Source of the DNA: the human T2T-CHM13v2.0 reference genome, Homo sapiens
NCBI RefSeq assembly: GCF_009914755.1
Contig: NC_060929.1
Length of the DNA: 64,000 bases
Strand: one strand, 5' to 3'
The notes beneath the pieces were generated by a model. That model was not told the origin of the DNA. It made no database searches and worked only from the letters and a program-made list of their open reading frames with translations. Shown in pieces: positions 1-12,430 of the stretch. Position numbers and translations under genes: made by a program. The first letter of the stretch is position 1. Every line of letters starts with the position of its first letter.

Positions 1-333
1 TGTATCACAAGCAGTTCTCAAAAATAGTGCTTCCCTGATTTGCTTAACAAAAGGCAGATTCCCAGAGCATTTGAACTACCTTGGGCATAAGGAGAGAGGG
101 AGTTGGGTAGGAGTGGGGCAAATGGAAAGCTAGAGATTATAGGCATTTGACACGTTAAGAAAGATGGTGCAGTAGAATGAAATAGCATGAGGAAGAGAAT
201 ACTGGCTTGACTAAAGAGAGAAAATAACTGAGAATTTCAGGACCTTTGGTGTAAGGGAGAGCTAGATCTATGAAGGAGCTTGAAACTAAATGGGAATCTA
301 TTGTTTAGTGGGCCTGAGATGTTTCTGATTTTG

Positions 334-335
<2 letters not shown>

Positions 336-369
<34 letters not shown>
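336..369. repeat. (GT)17 microsatellite
   Basis: Uninterrupted GT dinucleotide run read directly. Confidence 0.97.
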
Positions 370-371
<2 letters not shown>

Positions 372-3300
372 AAATGGTAATCAATGCATATTTTCAAATG
401 TTTTCGAGACTTACAAGGATATACAATAAAAGTGCTCCTATAATCACTGCCTCTTAAACCACCCAATCCCAATCTTGGAGGCAACTGATATTACCAGTTT
501 TTTTGTGTGTCCTTCCAAAGATGTTTTATGCATGTATAATATGACTATATTTATTCTCTTCCTTTGCCAATATGGAGGAAAGCTTTTTGAGAGTTACATG
601 CTTTGAATAAGAGAGAAGCTCCAGAGCATTAGAACTGGCCAGAATGCCAACTCATTTTCTTGAGAGATAAAAAGAAAACAGAAAAATAATCTGCTGAAAA
701 TGGAGCAATACATACAATAGTTTGAATGAGGGTGACTATTAGATGTCCCTATTTATTTGTATTATGGAATATATTGGGGTATTGTGCCCTGCCTGGTGTT
801 ACTAGACATACATTAAAATAGAGGAGGTATAACTTATTAAGGGAGTACCATCTGAATGGCAAGGTAACCTAAGCAAAGGAGGACTGTCCTTTAGAGCTCT
901 GTCACATTATAGTTTAGATAGGTTTTCCAAGATTTATTATGCAATATTCATTTTCAGGACTTCAGGAATTTAATTTCAAAGTTATACCTAGAAAGAAGAA
1001 GTAAACGTCTTTGACCTATTGAGTTCTTTTTATCTCTGGTTATGATATAGCCTGTTTTCTCCTTAAATTCCAACTCCTCAAGGCCAGAAACTGAGCTTTA
1101 TTTATCCTTCTATTTTCTACTTAGTCTAGTGATTAGAATATGGTAGATACTCTGTAAATATGTGATGGACGAATGACTAAATGAATACGTTTCTAAATAA
1201 TCAACCAATCCATCAAACCATCTATGGCTTAATTTCTTTACTTTCCAACAGTGAGTATTTTCATTTCAGTTTTAATTAAAATATGGAAAAAGGCATAATC
1301 ATTCAGTTTTTAGTATTGCTCTGTGGCAAAATTTCATGAAATTCACGGTGGCCATTCTTATGTTAGTTTTGCTAGATTAACATATCTTAAAATTCTTTTC
1401 TTTTTCTGTTTTATCTTCAGTTTCCAAAAGGGCAAAATATCTGTATCTGGAATAAAAAGCAAATTTAAAAAAAGAAATTAATTAAGCACTTAACATTTTT
1501 TTAAACATACATTTTAGCATTAGAGGGGTGATAAAATCAATCATTTCAAATGTGCTGTATGAGGGGGGTTCGATTTAATTCATTTACTTAAAAGGTGACG
1601 CAATCTGCACAATTAGAATATCAATAAAAACACAGCTGTTACATATAAAACAAACTCTGAAGGAATTTCCATTATTATGATTGCTAAAACCACAACAACA
1701 ACAACAAAAAAACATGCTTTGCACAGCTTTGTTATCAGGAACCTTTGCATTTGACATTTTGGAAGCAAGAAAAGGGAATGGCTTGACAAGTTGAAAAGCC
1801 AATTCATCATGATGTCTGACATTTGGGAGCTGATATTATCGTCTGCAATTTAAAGTTCAGAATTGATAAAGTGCAATCATATAGCCCAGCAAACAAAGGG
1901 TCTTATTGAAATGTATGTACTCTGGGAAAACAACATCGAGTCACAAAAACTTGATGGTTTTGAATTTGAATGTTTATTCCTCCTCCTCTCATCCCCAATT
2001 TCTCCAAAAAAGTGAGTTTCTACCTTCTGCAAAAAACAAAATTGTACGTACAAAAAACCTGATTTTATATAGGGGGATTTATGAAGGGGGATTTTATATA
2101 GTGGATCTAAAAATACACTATATGACCTTTCTCATCATGGTTAAGAGACTTTTCTTAAACGTATATCATGTGATATTTGTTGACTATTTGTTGGCTTTGT
2201 TTCTTATCAAAATATGAAGGCACATGAAAATATGTTCAACGCCACTATGGAGATTCTGTGTAATAGTTCTTACGCTGCTGTGTGCTTATACATAAGGTTT
2301 ACTGGTTAGGGATTCCTATCTGGTAACATTAGCAGGCATTTTTGGGAGCATTTGCATCAGAACATAACCAGTTGGAGAAATTCTTCAGCAACTACAGCCT
2401 CAAAAGTCACAGAAGGTGCCTCTGAGTGCTCAGATGATCTCCTGTCCTTGAATCTGGTCATCCACTTTCCTTTTCATCAAAGGAATCAGCATTAAGATTG
2501 GGAAATGGGCATCAATGATTTTATGTTCATTTCTGTCCTTGTCTAGCAGTGACGATTCTGCTGCTCTCTCAAAGTTTGGCTTGCTTCGTGTACTGTGCCC
2601 AGATTTCTTGCACTTACTCTTGGATCAACAAAGCAAAATATTCCTTTTATTCCTTTCTTACAAACACTGCAAGAAAAAGCACCTAATGATTTGTACAATT
2701 GACAACTGCAACCATTGCTCTAGGGCAGAGTGAGGAGAACTCATATTCTCTCTAATGTAATCTAGAAGTGCCTGTTCATCTACCTTATGACTGAGGCATG
2801 CATTTCATTGCTGCTCTGTGATCTAATTCAGAGGAGAGATAGCTGCTGCATTTACAATTGATATATAAAAATAGCTGGTTTCACTAGACACTATCTGACG
2901 TCAACGGAAACATTAAAAAGCAGTGACCAGTCTGCAGAAAGTCTTGGTTGAAGCTAGTGCAGCTCAGTCTGCAGATACTTAAGCCATACCATTTTTTCCT
3001 TTTGACAAACAGCCATCTTTTCCTATTGCAAGGTAATTTTCATCAATCATTTAGCAAATATATGGTCAAAGTTCAAGCTCTTTTCACTACACCATAGTGC
3101 ATAATTCTGTGTCGAAGTTTAGCCACGTTTGAGAATGATTCATATTCTGTGGATATGTTAGGAATGGATTTATGAGGACCCTTGGAAATTTCTCAGTAGA
3201 ATCCTATGTAATCTGAAGCCCACAGACTAACTTTTACTATATTAGCTTCCACCATTGGCTTTTCTAGAGGTGACTGATGCAAAAAGCCATTAGACTCTTA

Positions 3301-3696
3301 ATAGTGACCAATGTAGTGCTGAGGTCCTCTTGCAAAATCTTTCCAGGATATGGAGCTTACACCAGGAACCAGATATGAATATAAAAATGCCAGACAGAGT
3401 CAGGCTCACGAGTCTGCCAAATCTGTTACTCTGTAAAACGTTCTGCTGCCCTTCCTCCAGTATGAAGTCTCTTCCCCATTCCTCACTATCAAGCTAAATT
3501 TGATTCTGCAAATGACCCTAACAAGTCTTGCCTGACCACTCTGACATATTATCTTTCCCCTTCCTCATCAGACTACTCCAGTTCTTGGTCATTGATCTAG
3601 CTGAAACTGTCATCAGCTCTCTCTTAATTGCACTTTCCCAAAAGAATGCCTGCCTGACTCCTGTTCACACCATCTTTCAACATACCTTAGTTGCAA

Positions 3697-3991
3697 TTTT
3701 TCTTTTTTTTGAGACGGAGTCTCGCTCTGTCACCCAGGCTGGAGTGGAGTGGCGCAACCTGGGCCGACTGCAACCTCCACCTCCCGGTTTCAAGCGATTC
3801 TACTGTGCCAGCCTCCCGAGTAGCTGAAATTACAGGCATGTACCACCACACCTGGCTGATATTTTTATTTTTAGTAGAGATGGGGTTTCACCATGTTGGC
3901 CAGGCTGGTCTTGAACTCCTGACCTCAAGTGATCCACTTGCCTCGGCCTCCCAAAATCCTGGGATTACAGGCATGAGCCACCATGCTTGGC
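3697..3991 (-). mobile_element. AluS (Sx/Sz-like) SINE inserted in an L2 relic
   Basis: T-tail then GAGACGGAGTCTCGCTCTGTCACCCAGGCTGG...GGGATTACAGGCATGAGCCACC. Decayed TSD tgcaatttttct / tgtaatctttct. Confidence 0.95.
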
Positions 3992-5329
3992 TGTAATCTT
4001 TCTAAAATACCAATCTGATTATGTTAGCCCCTGGCTTGACAACTGTCAATGTCTCGCTGTGTGAGAGATCCCCTACCTTTATGTCTTTTAACCAGGCCAA
4101 CTCATCCATATCCTAGCCAGAGGTCAACTAAACAAATCTTTGGTCTTTTAGGCCTTAGAATTGTTGATTTTTATTCTCCCCTTGCTTCTGTTATCCAATC
4201 ATTCCTGCAACCACTTGCCTTGTGATACTCTTCCCTTTTACCCCTCACCTTTGACAGATTTAGCTATCTTAATGTTGGGCAGTTGTGTTCTCTTTTAAAC
4301 ATGGTTTCTACTAGTCTTATGAATGCTCAGATGACCACTCTGCTTCACCAGTATCCAAACCTTGGCCTCATACTGGAACATGATTTACCACCTTCTTGGA
4401 AATGAATTAGGTACTCTCCCATTACATGCAGAATAAAACCCATGGCACGATACACAAAACCCCAACCCACCGTTCCAGACTCTCCTTCCACCAATTCCTA
4501 CCATACACCTGTATATCAGCCACATAGCCCACCACAATCTTTCATTCTTTCATCATTGTGCCATGCTGTGTCGTATCTTGAAAACACTTCCACTATTCTC
4601 TATTTGACACATTAATCATTGAGTATCAAACTTAAATGTCATCACCTCCAACCAATTTAATTGATTCAATGTATATGTTCCCTTGAAAATGCATATTTAT
4701 CTCTAGCACACGTGCTTTGTAACGGCTTCATGTTCATCTGTTTTCTTCCCTAAAACTTGACTTTCCATAATGAAAATCAAGTGGTATATCTTTATATCCC
4801 CAGCACACAACAGAGTCTGTCAAATGATGGTTCCTCAACAAAGTGTTTGTTGATTGAACAAATAACCTACACCATACATTTGAGCATATCTTGATTTTTT
4901 TACTTGTACTGTCCAATAATTAAGTGTATGTCATCTATGCATTATTGCCTTTGATTACTCACAAGCATGATGTGCTGCAGGTATTATTTTTAATTACCTG
5001 TATACTACCTTGGTCAGTGTTCAGAATTTACATTTGATGAACTATCTTTTTTGATATTATCTTCTGGTTTCGGTTTTACCTATAATATTTTCACTTATTA
5101 ATATTTCCTTTCAAACTTAAAATTTTAGCCTTTATCATTTCTTAGGAAGGCACTTAGATGATGGAGGATTAAAGTTTGTTATGCCAGTTAACCTGGAGGC
5201 CCAGGTGGAGGAGAATATTTGTCACTATAGAGATGTGTAATGATACCTCCTTTGGTCATGTTTGTGTCCTGCAGTCATTATTTAATTCAACATTTAATAA
5301 TTGAGAGATAGCTTTGTTTCAATCCAGAC

Positions 5330-6338
5330 TCTGTTTCTAAATAGATCTGGAGATTTTCATGTTGTTCTTCAATTTGTGTGTTCAGCCAGTTCACGCAGCT
5401 GCCTACTCAAGACTATCCCATCACAAAAGTATCTAAAACTCATTATGTTCAAAATGTGAACCAATGATCCATCTTTCTAAATGTGTGCATTCTGGAATGT
5501 CTTCCATTTTTATATTTAACATAACAATTTCCTGATTTTTTTCTAATTAGAAACTTGAGAATACCTTTAAATCCTTTTTCTTCGTGACCACCCCCCATAT
5601 TCAGTCTAGCATTAAATCCTGTGTTTTCAAACCCATCCATTTTTCTTCACCCTCATTGTCATTATTCTAATCCAAACCATCATTGTCTCTCTCCTGAATT
5701 CTTGCAAAGTCCTTTTATTTGCTTCCTCCAATTTATTCTGCACATAGCATCCTAGGAAATCTTTTAACAAACAAATATGATTACTTCCCTCTCTTACTTA
5801 AAATCCTTTAATAGCATCTGATTGCCTTTAAAATAAAGTCCAAAATGCTTCTCATAGTCCACATGACTTTGCATAACCTCTTCAGTTCCATCTCAGCCTC
5901 CTCCAGCCTCTGTTTTCATGAGCCTCACTGAAACTATTCCTGATATACAAGCATTTCATGCCTCTACTTAGGCTGCTCCCCATGCTCTTCCTGAATCTTC
6001 CTCCCTCTTCACCTGGCCAGTACCTACACATCCTCTGGAACTCAATTAAAGCACCACTTCTTCTAGAAACCTACTACGACCCCTAGATTAAGTTAGGTAC
6101 TTCTTTTGTACGTGCATTCATCTACAACTCATAACTTTCACATATATATTTTATCACGTTTGTAATTATGTAATTGTGTAATAATTTCTTTTAGCTTTCC
6201 CTGCTATCATGCAAGTTTCTTCCAAGAGGACAAGTATGTTTACATATTGCTCACCTCTGTATCTATAGAATATAGGAGAGTACCTGACAAATAGTGGTGT
6301 TCAATTAAAATACTAATTCACTGAATGAATGAATGGAT
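5330..6338 (+). mobile_element. L2 LINE 3' relic
   Basis: Pyrimidine-rich L2-like body ending in the typical ...cctgacaaatagtggtgttcaat...tgaatgaatgaatg tail. Boundaries approximate. Confidence 0.6.
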
Positions 6339-6437
6339 GTCTCTTTTCTGTGAGGGTTCAGCTATTAGTTGAGACTCTGAATTTTTAATTTAGGCTTGGG
6401 CGAAAGATTAACATCTCAATGGCCAAGTTGATGATAC

Positions 6438-7822
6438 TGTCACAGGATACTTGGGGAGTTGCTTCTCCAGGCAGAAACCTCTGTGGCTGGCAGTGCCTTA
6501 TGCCTGAATATTGCTTGTGCCTGCTGGGCTCATTCCACCCACTCAGCCTGGTAGGCTGTACTCAGCTCGTGCTACTGGCTTGGATCCTACACCTGCCAAG
6601 GGCCAGCCAGGTACAGAGAGGCAAGAGGTCTGTGGGTGAGTGAGCATGGGTTCCGGCCACTGCACACAGCCAGGTGCTGGCACAGGTGTTGGCTCTGTGC
6701 AAGGCTGTGGCTGGACCAGATGTACCACACATGGCTTCTGCTCTGGGCACGTGTGTCTGGATGAGGGGAATGTGGTGGATCCTGGAAGCTTGCATATGTC
6801 AGGAACCACAGAGTCAAAGAAAGTGTCACAGCCCTGGCTTGGGGAGCCCCTAGGTCTGGGCTCCCCAGAGGGCTGCAGCTCTACTTTCCATCTTGTTGCC
6901 TGCAACATGGTGAGGTGGAGTGGGGGGCGGGCTTCAGCCCTGTTTGTGTTAGAGCTCTTTCAGTCCCACCATTTGGCAGGTCCCGAGGTCTTGTCCTGCA
7001 TCTAGGAAAAATGAGGTACACAGACAACTGGAGGGTGAGCAAGGTGGAGAGGAGCTTCACTGGATGACAGAACAGCTCTCAGGAGACCCAGAGTGGGTAG
7101 CTCCTTTCTGCAGGCAGGTCATCCTGATGAGTGTCCAGTTCTCAGTGAAGAGGAGGCCCGTAGTGGGTAGCTCTCTGGACCGGGGACTCTACCTGGAACT
7201 GGCAGCCTGGTTTCTAGGCTTTGGGCCATCCCTGCATTGAAAGTGGAATTTCACCTGGGACCCGCCTCTTTCTGCTGAGAAGCCTGTCTGCCTCCTGCTG
7301 CCATCAACATCATCACAATGTCACAGCGCCCAGGCTGTTCATGGCTCAGGGGTGCCTGTGGGCTCTTGCTGAGCCACCCTCACCCCTGCTCAGTCTCCCT
7401 CCCATGCTCATCAGCACTCAAAGTCTGGAGGGAGCCAAGGTGGCAGGGGGCTGGCCTGTCAGTGCCACTGGGAGTGTGTACACACCAAGTTGGGTAGTGA
7501 CAACACCTGGGCTCGGCCACAACTTTGTTCCACCCAGGAGCAGGTGCTGGGAGGAGGGAGAGGCCAGGGAGTGGGAGCAGGTACTTCTGAGCCTGTGGGG
7601 GACAGGGGCATTTCCTGAGCCCCCAAGAAGGCAAGAATGCCCCCATACAGAGCCTCAGCTGGGTGCTGCAGTTGCTCCCAGGAGTATGGGGCTCCCACCC
7701 CCCAACTCAGTAAGGGGCAAGGCTCCCACTAGCTCCGTGGAATGTGCAGCCCCAGCTGCACCTACCCGGCTGCAGCTGGCATCTTTGCAGCAGCCACTCC
7801 GGATGGGCCACTGCTGCCATCA
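6438..7822 (-). mobile_element. MER52-family (ERV1) solo LTR, ~1.4 kb
   Basis: Minus strand begins TGATGGCAGCAGTGGCCCATCCGGAGTGGCTGCTGC and ends ...ATCCTGTGACA (TG...CA). GC-rich block; flanks atac/ataa resemble a 4-bp TSD. Confidence 0.8.
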
Positions 7823-8344
7823 ATAACGGGTAAAACATATTACAGGTTATTCTTTTTGGTAAAATTGCTTTCCTTTTGCTTGCCTTGGTGAAAGCTCTTC
7901 ACACTTGAAAACAGCATATATAGGAAAACAGTAGGTTCTATCAAGGTTTTCTCAAAATAGGAAGAGATATTGTGATTCTGAACTTGTGTTAATTGCTGAG
8001 GTTGGCATATCATTGAAAAGTTGTACCTTGCCCTTTTGTTTAGGTGCTGCAGTAACTATGTTTGTATGTTATTGTGCAGATACATGTTTTAGCTAATCAC
8101 TGAAAGCCACCACTAAGCAGCTGTCGATGGAAAATGCAGAGCAATCAAATCAAATCAATAAAGATGGCTGAGAGCAGTTGCAGAAAGAGGGTGGTACAGA
8201 CTTCATATGGTCTGACCTGTTTCAGGCCACTTTGTGTTTTTGGCTTAAATACATTTATTGTAACCATTTTGCTATTGGTAAGTATTTCAGGAGTCTTGAA
8301 AAAATAGAATAACTTTTTTTCTTTCTTATAACTTCTATATTTAG

Positions 8345-8520
8345 TGCAAAGATCATGAGCTTTGGCATCAGGCAGTCCTGGGTTTAAATTCTACTTAGAG
8401 ATTTTGTAATGCTGAGAACATTGTTATCCTTTAGGAGGCCTTGCTCCTTTTATTGCATGGTTATCAAGGTTGAAATAAATAACATGTTCAAAATAACCAG
8501 AAAGCTTGATAAATGTCAGT
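8345..8520 (+). mobile_element. MIR SINE relic
   Basis: Head like agctttggcatcaggcagtcctgggtttaaat; degenerate core and tail. Confidence 0.5.
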
Positions 8521-8959
8521 TTCTCATTCCACACACCATCCCTTGAGTTTTTACTTTTATTTTTTCTTTACCTAAACTCATTTACCTGGTTTTTCTGGTC
8601 TGTGGGGCCCTTGGTAACCTTCTTTAATTTCTAAGGTATTGGAAATTAAAGAAATTACTTTTCTACTTGAATATTGGGTTACAGATTCTCCAGAATTCTA
8701 TAACTTAGGGAAATTTAAATCTTCTTTAAACATATTAGTAACTAGTAAAAGATACTAGTTCTCTATTTTTACTGATGAAGAGTCTGTTTCGACTGACTAA
8801 AATCTTTAGAATCCTTCTTTAATATGCTATATGGCCACAGTTGATCAATTTCTAGTTGAATATTGTAAGCTTAGGTGAACTAAGGTCATCTAGAATCTTA
8901 TTGATTTAATATAGTGGGAGGGAGATAAATGGCTGAGAGAAAGATGGGCAATTATAATG

Positions 8960-9346
8960 GAGTCTAGTACAAAGATCATGGGATCTGTAGTCAAATCCTG
9001 GGTTAAAGCCATCTTTTGCTCATGTAAACTTGAATAGATAATTTAAAATCCCCAAAACTCAGTTTCTTTATTTATAAAATTGGATACTTAGTATACAATT
9101 ATACAAAATAATTAGTAAACAGTCATACTAAATCATAGTATTTAGAATGCCTTCCCTGTATAAAGTATTTAAATTTTATACATGCATTATTTCATTTAAC
9201 AGTCACAAAAACTTTACCAAAATTGGACACTAGAACTTTACTTAGTATCCAATTTTGGTAAAGTTTTTGTGACTATTAAATGAAATAATGCATGTATAAA
9301 ATTTATATACTTTATACAGGCAAGGCATTCTAAATACTATGATTTA
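8960..9346 (+). mobile_element. MIR SINE interrupted by an inverted duplication of its own 3' part
   Basis: MIR core ctcagtttctttatttataaaattgg (to ~9094) resumes at ~9249 with ...tttttgtgactattaaatgaaataatgcatgta. Confidence 0.65.
9129..9346. repeat. Long inverted repeat: 104-bp arms, 10-nt spacer, 4 mismatches
   Basis: Arm 9129-9232 is the reverse complement of 9243-9346 without indels. Mismatched pairs 9154/9321, 9169/9306, 9200/9275, 9228/9247. Confidence 0.97.
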
Positions 9347-9764
9347 CTTTTTTCACAACAGAAGGTAAAGTGTAGTTCCCAATTTAGGCCTTTTTCTTGC
9401 ATATGCAAAGGAGTGTCTGATTATGTATCTGGGAAAGAATATAATGAAAAATAGAGGGCAGAGGAAAGGGGAAGAAAGCAAGCAATATTTTTTCAATTCT
9501 TTGAATTTCCTAGGGCATGATATTCTAACTCATGCTTATCTGGTAGATGCTTGGAGGGAAGGAAGATGACTTTGGGTGCATCTTCCATCATCACGGTGTC
9601 CGGAATTCCTGGATGCCTACCAGAGTAAACTGGTTCAGCTTTTTCTGAAGCAGACATTCCAAGCAACAAAAGAGGCTCCGTCCTACCCCTCACCCGTAGA
9701 CTTGATCTGGTGTCTATTGAGCTGCTGGGATTGGACAAAAAGATGGATAAGCTGGTCCCAAAGA

Positions 9765-9878
9765 TTTTTTTCTGAGATGGGGTCTTGCTATGTTGCCCAG
9801 GCTGGTCTGAAACTCCTGGGCTCAAGTGACCCGCCTGCCTCAGACTTTCAGTATTACAGGCATGGGCCACTGTGCCCA
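9765..9878 (-). mobile_element. FLAM-type free left Alu monomer
   Basis: tgagatggggtcttgctatgttgcccaggctggtctgaaactcctgggctcaag...attacaggcatgggccactgtgccc; single ~115-bp arm. Confidence 0.85.
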
Positions 9879-10129
9879 TCTTCTACAAAGCTTTTAAGTG
9901 ATAGGAACAGAGCCTAGTTTTAGCCCCATCCCAAGGGCCCCATGGGACATAGTGGAATTGACTGGGCAGTCATTTGCATAACCAGGTTCTATTCATTGTG
10001 ATACCACTCCCTGAATTCTCCTACTCTGGTTACCATTCAGCATTGGTAATTGGGGTAGATGAGATGGAGGTAGGTATCTTAGAATTAATGAAAACTAGAA
10101 AACAAAAAGGATGATAGATGACTAATACC

Positions 10130-12430
10130 CTTTTAGCCCTCTGCTTACCTTCAACAACAATTCACTCTTCCTCTCTCAGCTGATAAATTTGCTTTCAATT
10201 TCACTGAGCAAACTGTGGCAATCAGAAGAGGTCCACAAGTTCCCACACCACATCTATCCACCAACTGGCATCCTCACCCTTATACTCACTTTCCTCTTGC
10301 TGTAGATGAGGTGTCCGTGTTCCTAGTAAGGACAGCCTCTTCAATTGTTTATCAGATTCCAGCCTTCTCACATTCTCAGGAATATTACTCCAGAAATGCT
10401 CCTCTCTTGCATCATCAATTTTTTTCTCCAGTTGAATTATTTTCATTCATCTACTTATATGCTATTATTTTAATAATCTCAAATAAACCCTCTCTTTACC
10501 CTATTTTTCCCTGTAGCCTATCACTCCATTTCTTTGCTCTCCTCTACCACAAAACCCCTAAAAAATATGGCATATAGTCACTTCTAGTTCCTCCTTTCTC
10601 ATTCTCTTTTAAACCCACTCAAATTGTGTCTTTGTTTCTATCATTTTAGTAAAGATGCTCTTGTCAACAATGATTTCAAGTTACTAAATCCAAAGGTCAA
10701 ATTCTCAATCCTCATTTTATTTGTCCTTTCAGCAGCATTCAACCTGATAAATCACATATTTCCTTTCTTTTTGAAGTGCTTTTTTCACTGGGCTTTCAAG
10801 ACACCACTCTCTACTGGTTTTCATCCTCCTTATTGACCATTCCTTAGTCTTTACTGATTCCACTCTACCTCCCTCGTTTTAATATTGGAGTGTTCCTCGT
10901 CTCAGTAAATGATCTTCTTCTTTTCTCTAGTTGCACTCATTTCCTTGGTAATCTTATTGAATCTCTTGGTTTTAAGTCTTAATAACTCATTAATGATTAT
11001 CAATCTGGATCTTTCTCGTGAAATCCAGACACATACATGCAACTGCTCTCTTGACATCTGCCCTTGGAGTTTCATGGGTACATTTAATTTATCACATCTA
11101 GAGCGGGTCTCTGAACTTTACCTGCTTTTTACTTTTCTTCCCCCTTTTAGCTCATATCAAATCAAGTTTTCTTAGAGTCGTCCATGCTTCTTCTTTCCTT
11201 CTCACACCATAAAAAAGTTCAAATAGATTTACCCTCACAATATACCCATAATCTACCACATATTTTCACTTCTGCTGTTACTGGCCGACGTCATCATCTG
11301 TTACCAGAATTGCTACAGTAGACTCCAAACTGGTTATCCGTTTCTACTCTTGTCCCCTTCAGTCTCTTGTTAACACAGTGCCCAGAGTCATCCTGTTAAA
11401 TCATAATGCAGATGATGTCAACAACTTCTCATCTCAAATAGAACCAAAGACAAAGTTCTGTTAAGGTCTATAAGGCCCTACATGATGGGTCCTCCGTTAC
11501 CTCTGGACAAAATTCTATTATATCATCCCCCTTGCTCTGTTTGATCTTACTACAGTGGCCTTCTTGCTGTTCTTTAGCATGCCAAACACATATCCATCTG
11601 AGGATTTTGCACTTCTTTTCCAATTTGTGCCTCAGCATGTGCTACCCAGAAATGGAGGCATAGAGCTTATGTGATGTTTTCAGGGAGTTCAATCCCAGGG
11701 CACAGGTGAGAAGGGCAAGAAGAGTGATGCAGGGAAGGAGGAAGAACCAGGGCAAGGACACGTTATTGAGCCTGCTTCCAGTTACTGCAGTTAGCTGCTC
11801 AGTTCACTGGCATACACTCTTGAGCAACCTTGAGTGTTCCTGGGGAACACAAAGGAAGAAGAGCTCATCCAGATGATCTTCTCTTGCATTGGTTGAAGTT
11901 TATCCACGTGGATAAACTTCCAACTTGCACTTCCATGCCCTTCCAACTTGCACATGTGTGGGTTTAAGTGCTCACGAGTCTATAGTACTATCAATGGGAA
12001 GCCCTGGGGCAGAATAAAAGAAGTGAAATCAATCAGAGCCCACACAGAGCAGGAACAAGACACATTGGGATCTCAGAGATATATAAGAGATGTTGGATAA
12101 ACTCTTGCTGGAGTGTTCTTCTCCAGGTGTTGGTATGGCTCACTTTAGCTTTGAACAAAGGTGTTCTTTTCTCAAACGCCATCTTCTCAGTGAGATGTTT
12201 TCTCACCTTCCCTTTTAAAATTGTAGTACCCTATCCCCTTTCACTGCTTTATTTTTCCCATATCACTTTCTAAAATGCCATAAATCTACTTTTTTATTTT
12301 GTTTATTGCCAGTCTCCTTCACTAAACTTTAAGCTACAGGAGAGCTGTGAGTTTGGTGTGCCTTATTCATAGTTGTATCTCCAGCCTATCACATAAATAA
12401 ATACATTCAGTAAGTACTTTGTTAGTGGAT
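10130..12430 (+). mobile_element. Long L2 LINE relic, interrupted at ~11626-12100 by an LTR
   Basis: L2 ORF2/3' motifs (tcaacaatgatttc...aaatccaaaggtcaattctcaatcctcat, tcagcagcattcaac) and L2 tail near 12400. Approximate. Confidence 0.65.
11626..12100 (-). mobile_element. Ancient ERVL LTR (LTR33-like)
   Basis: Purine-rich segment (...atcccagggcacaggtgagaagggcaagaagagtgatgcagggaaggaggaagaacc...cgttattgag) resembling antisense LTR33, interrupting the L2. Confidence 0.45.

Noticed and set aside
6419-7826. Cluster of overlapping ORFs up to 201 aa
   Set aside because: All lie in the GC-rich MER52 LTR; no domain similarity or splice structure.
9493-9917. 128-aa and 113-aa ORFs
   Set aside because: Partly Alu-monomer-derived translation, no recognisable protein family.
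11900-11915. Head-to-head TTATCCAC resembling bacterial DnaA boxes
   Set aside because: Context is unambiguously primate DNA; a by-product of the palindrome.
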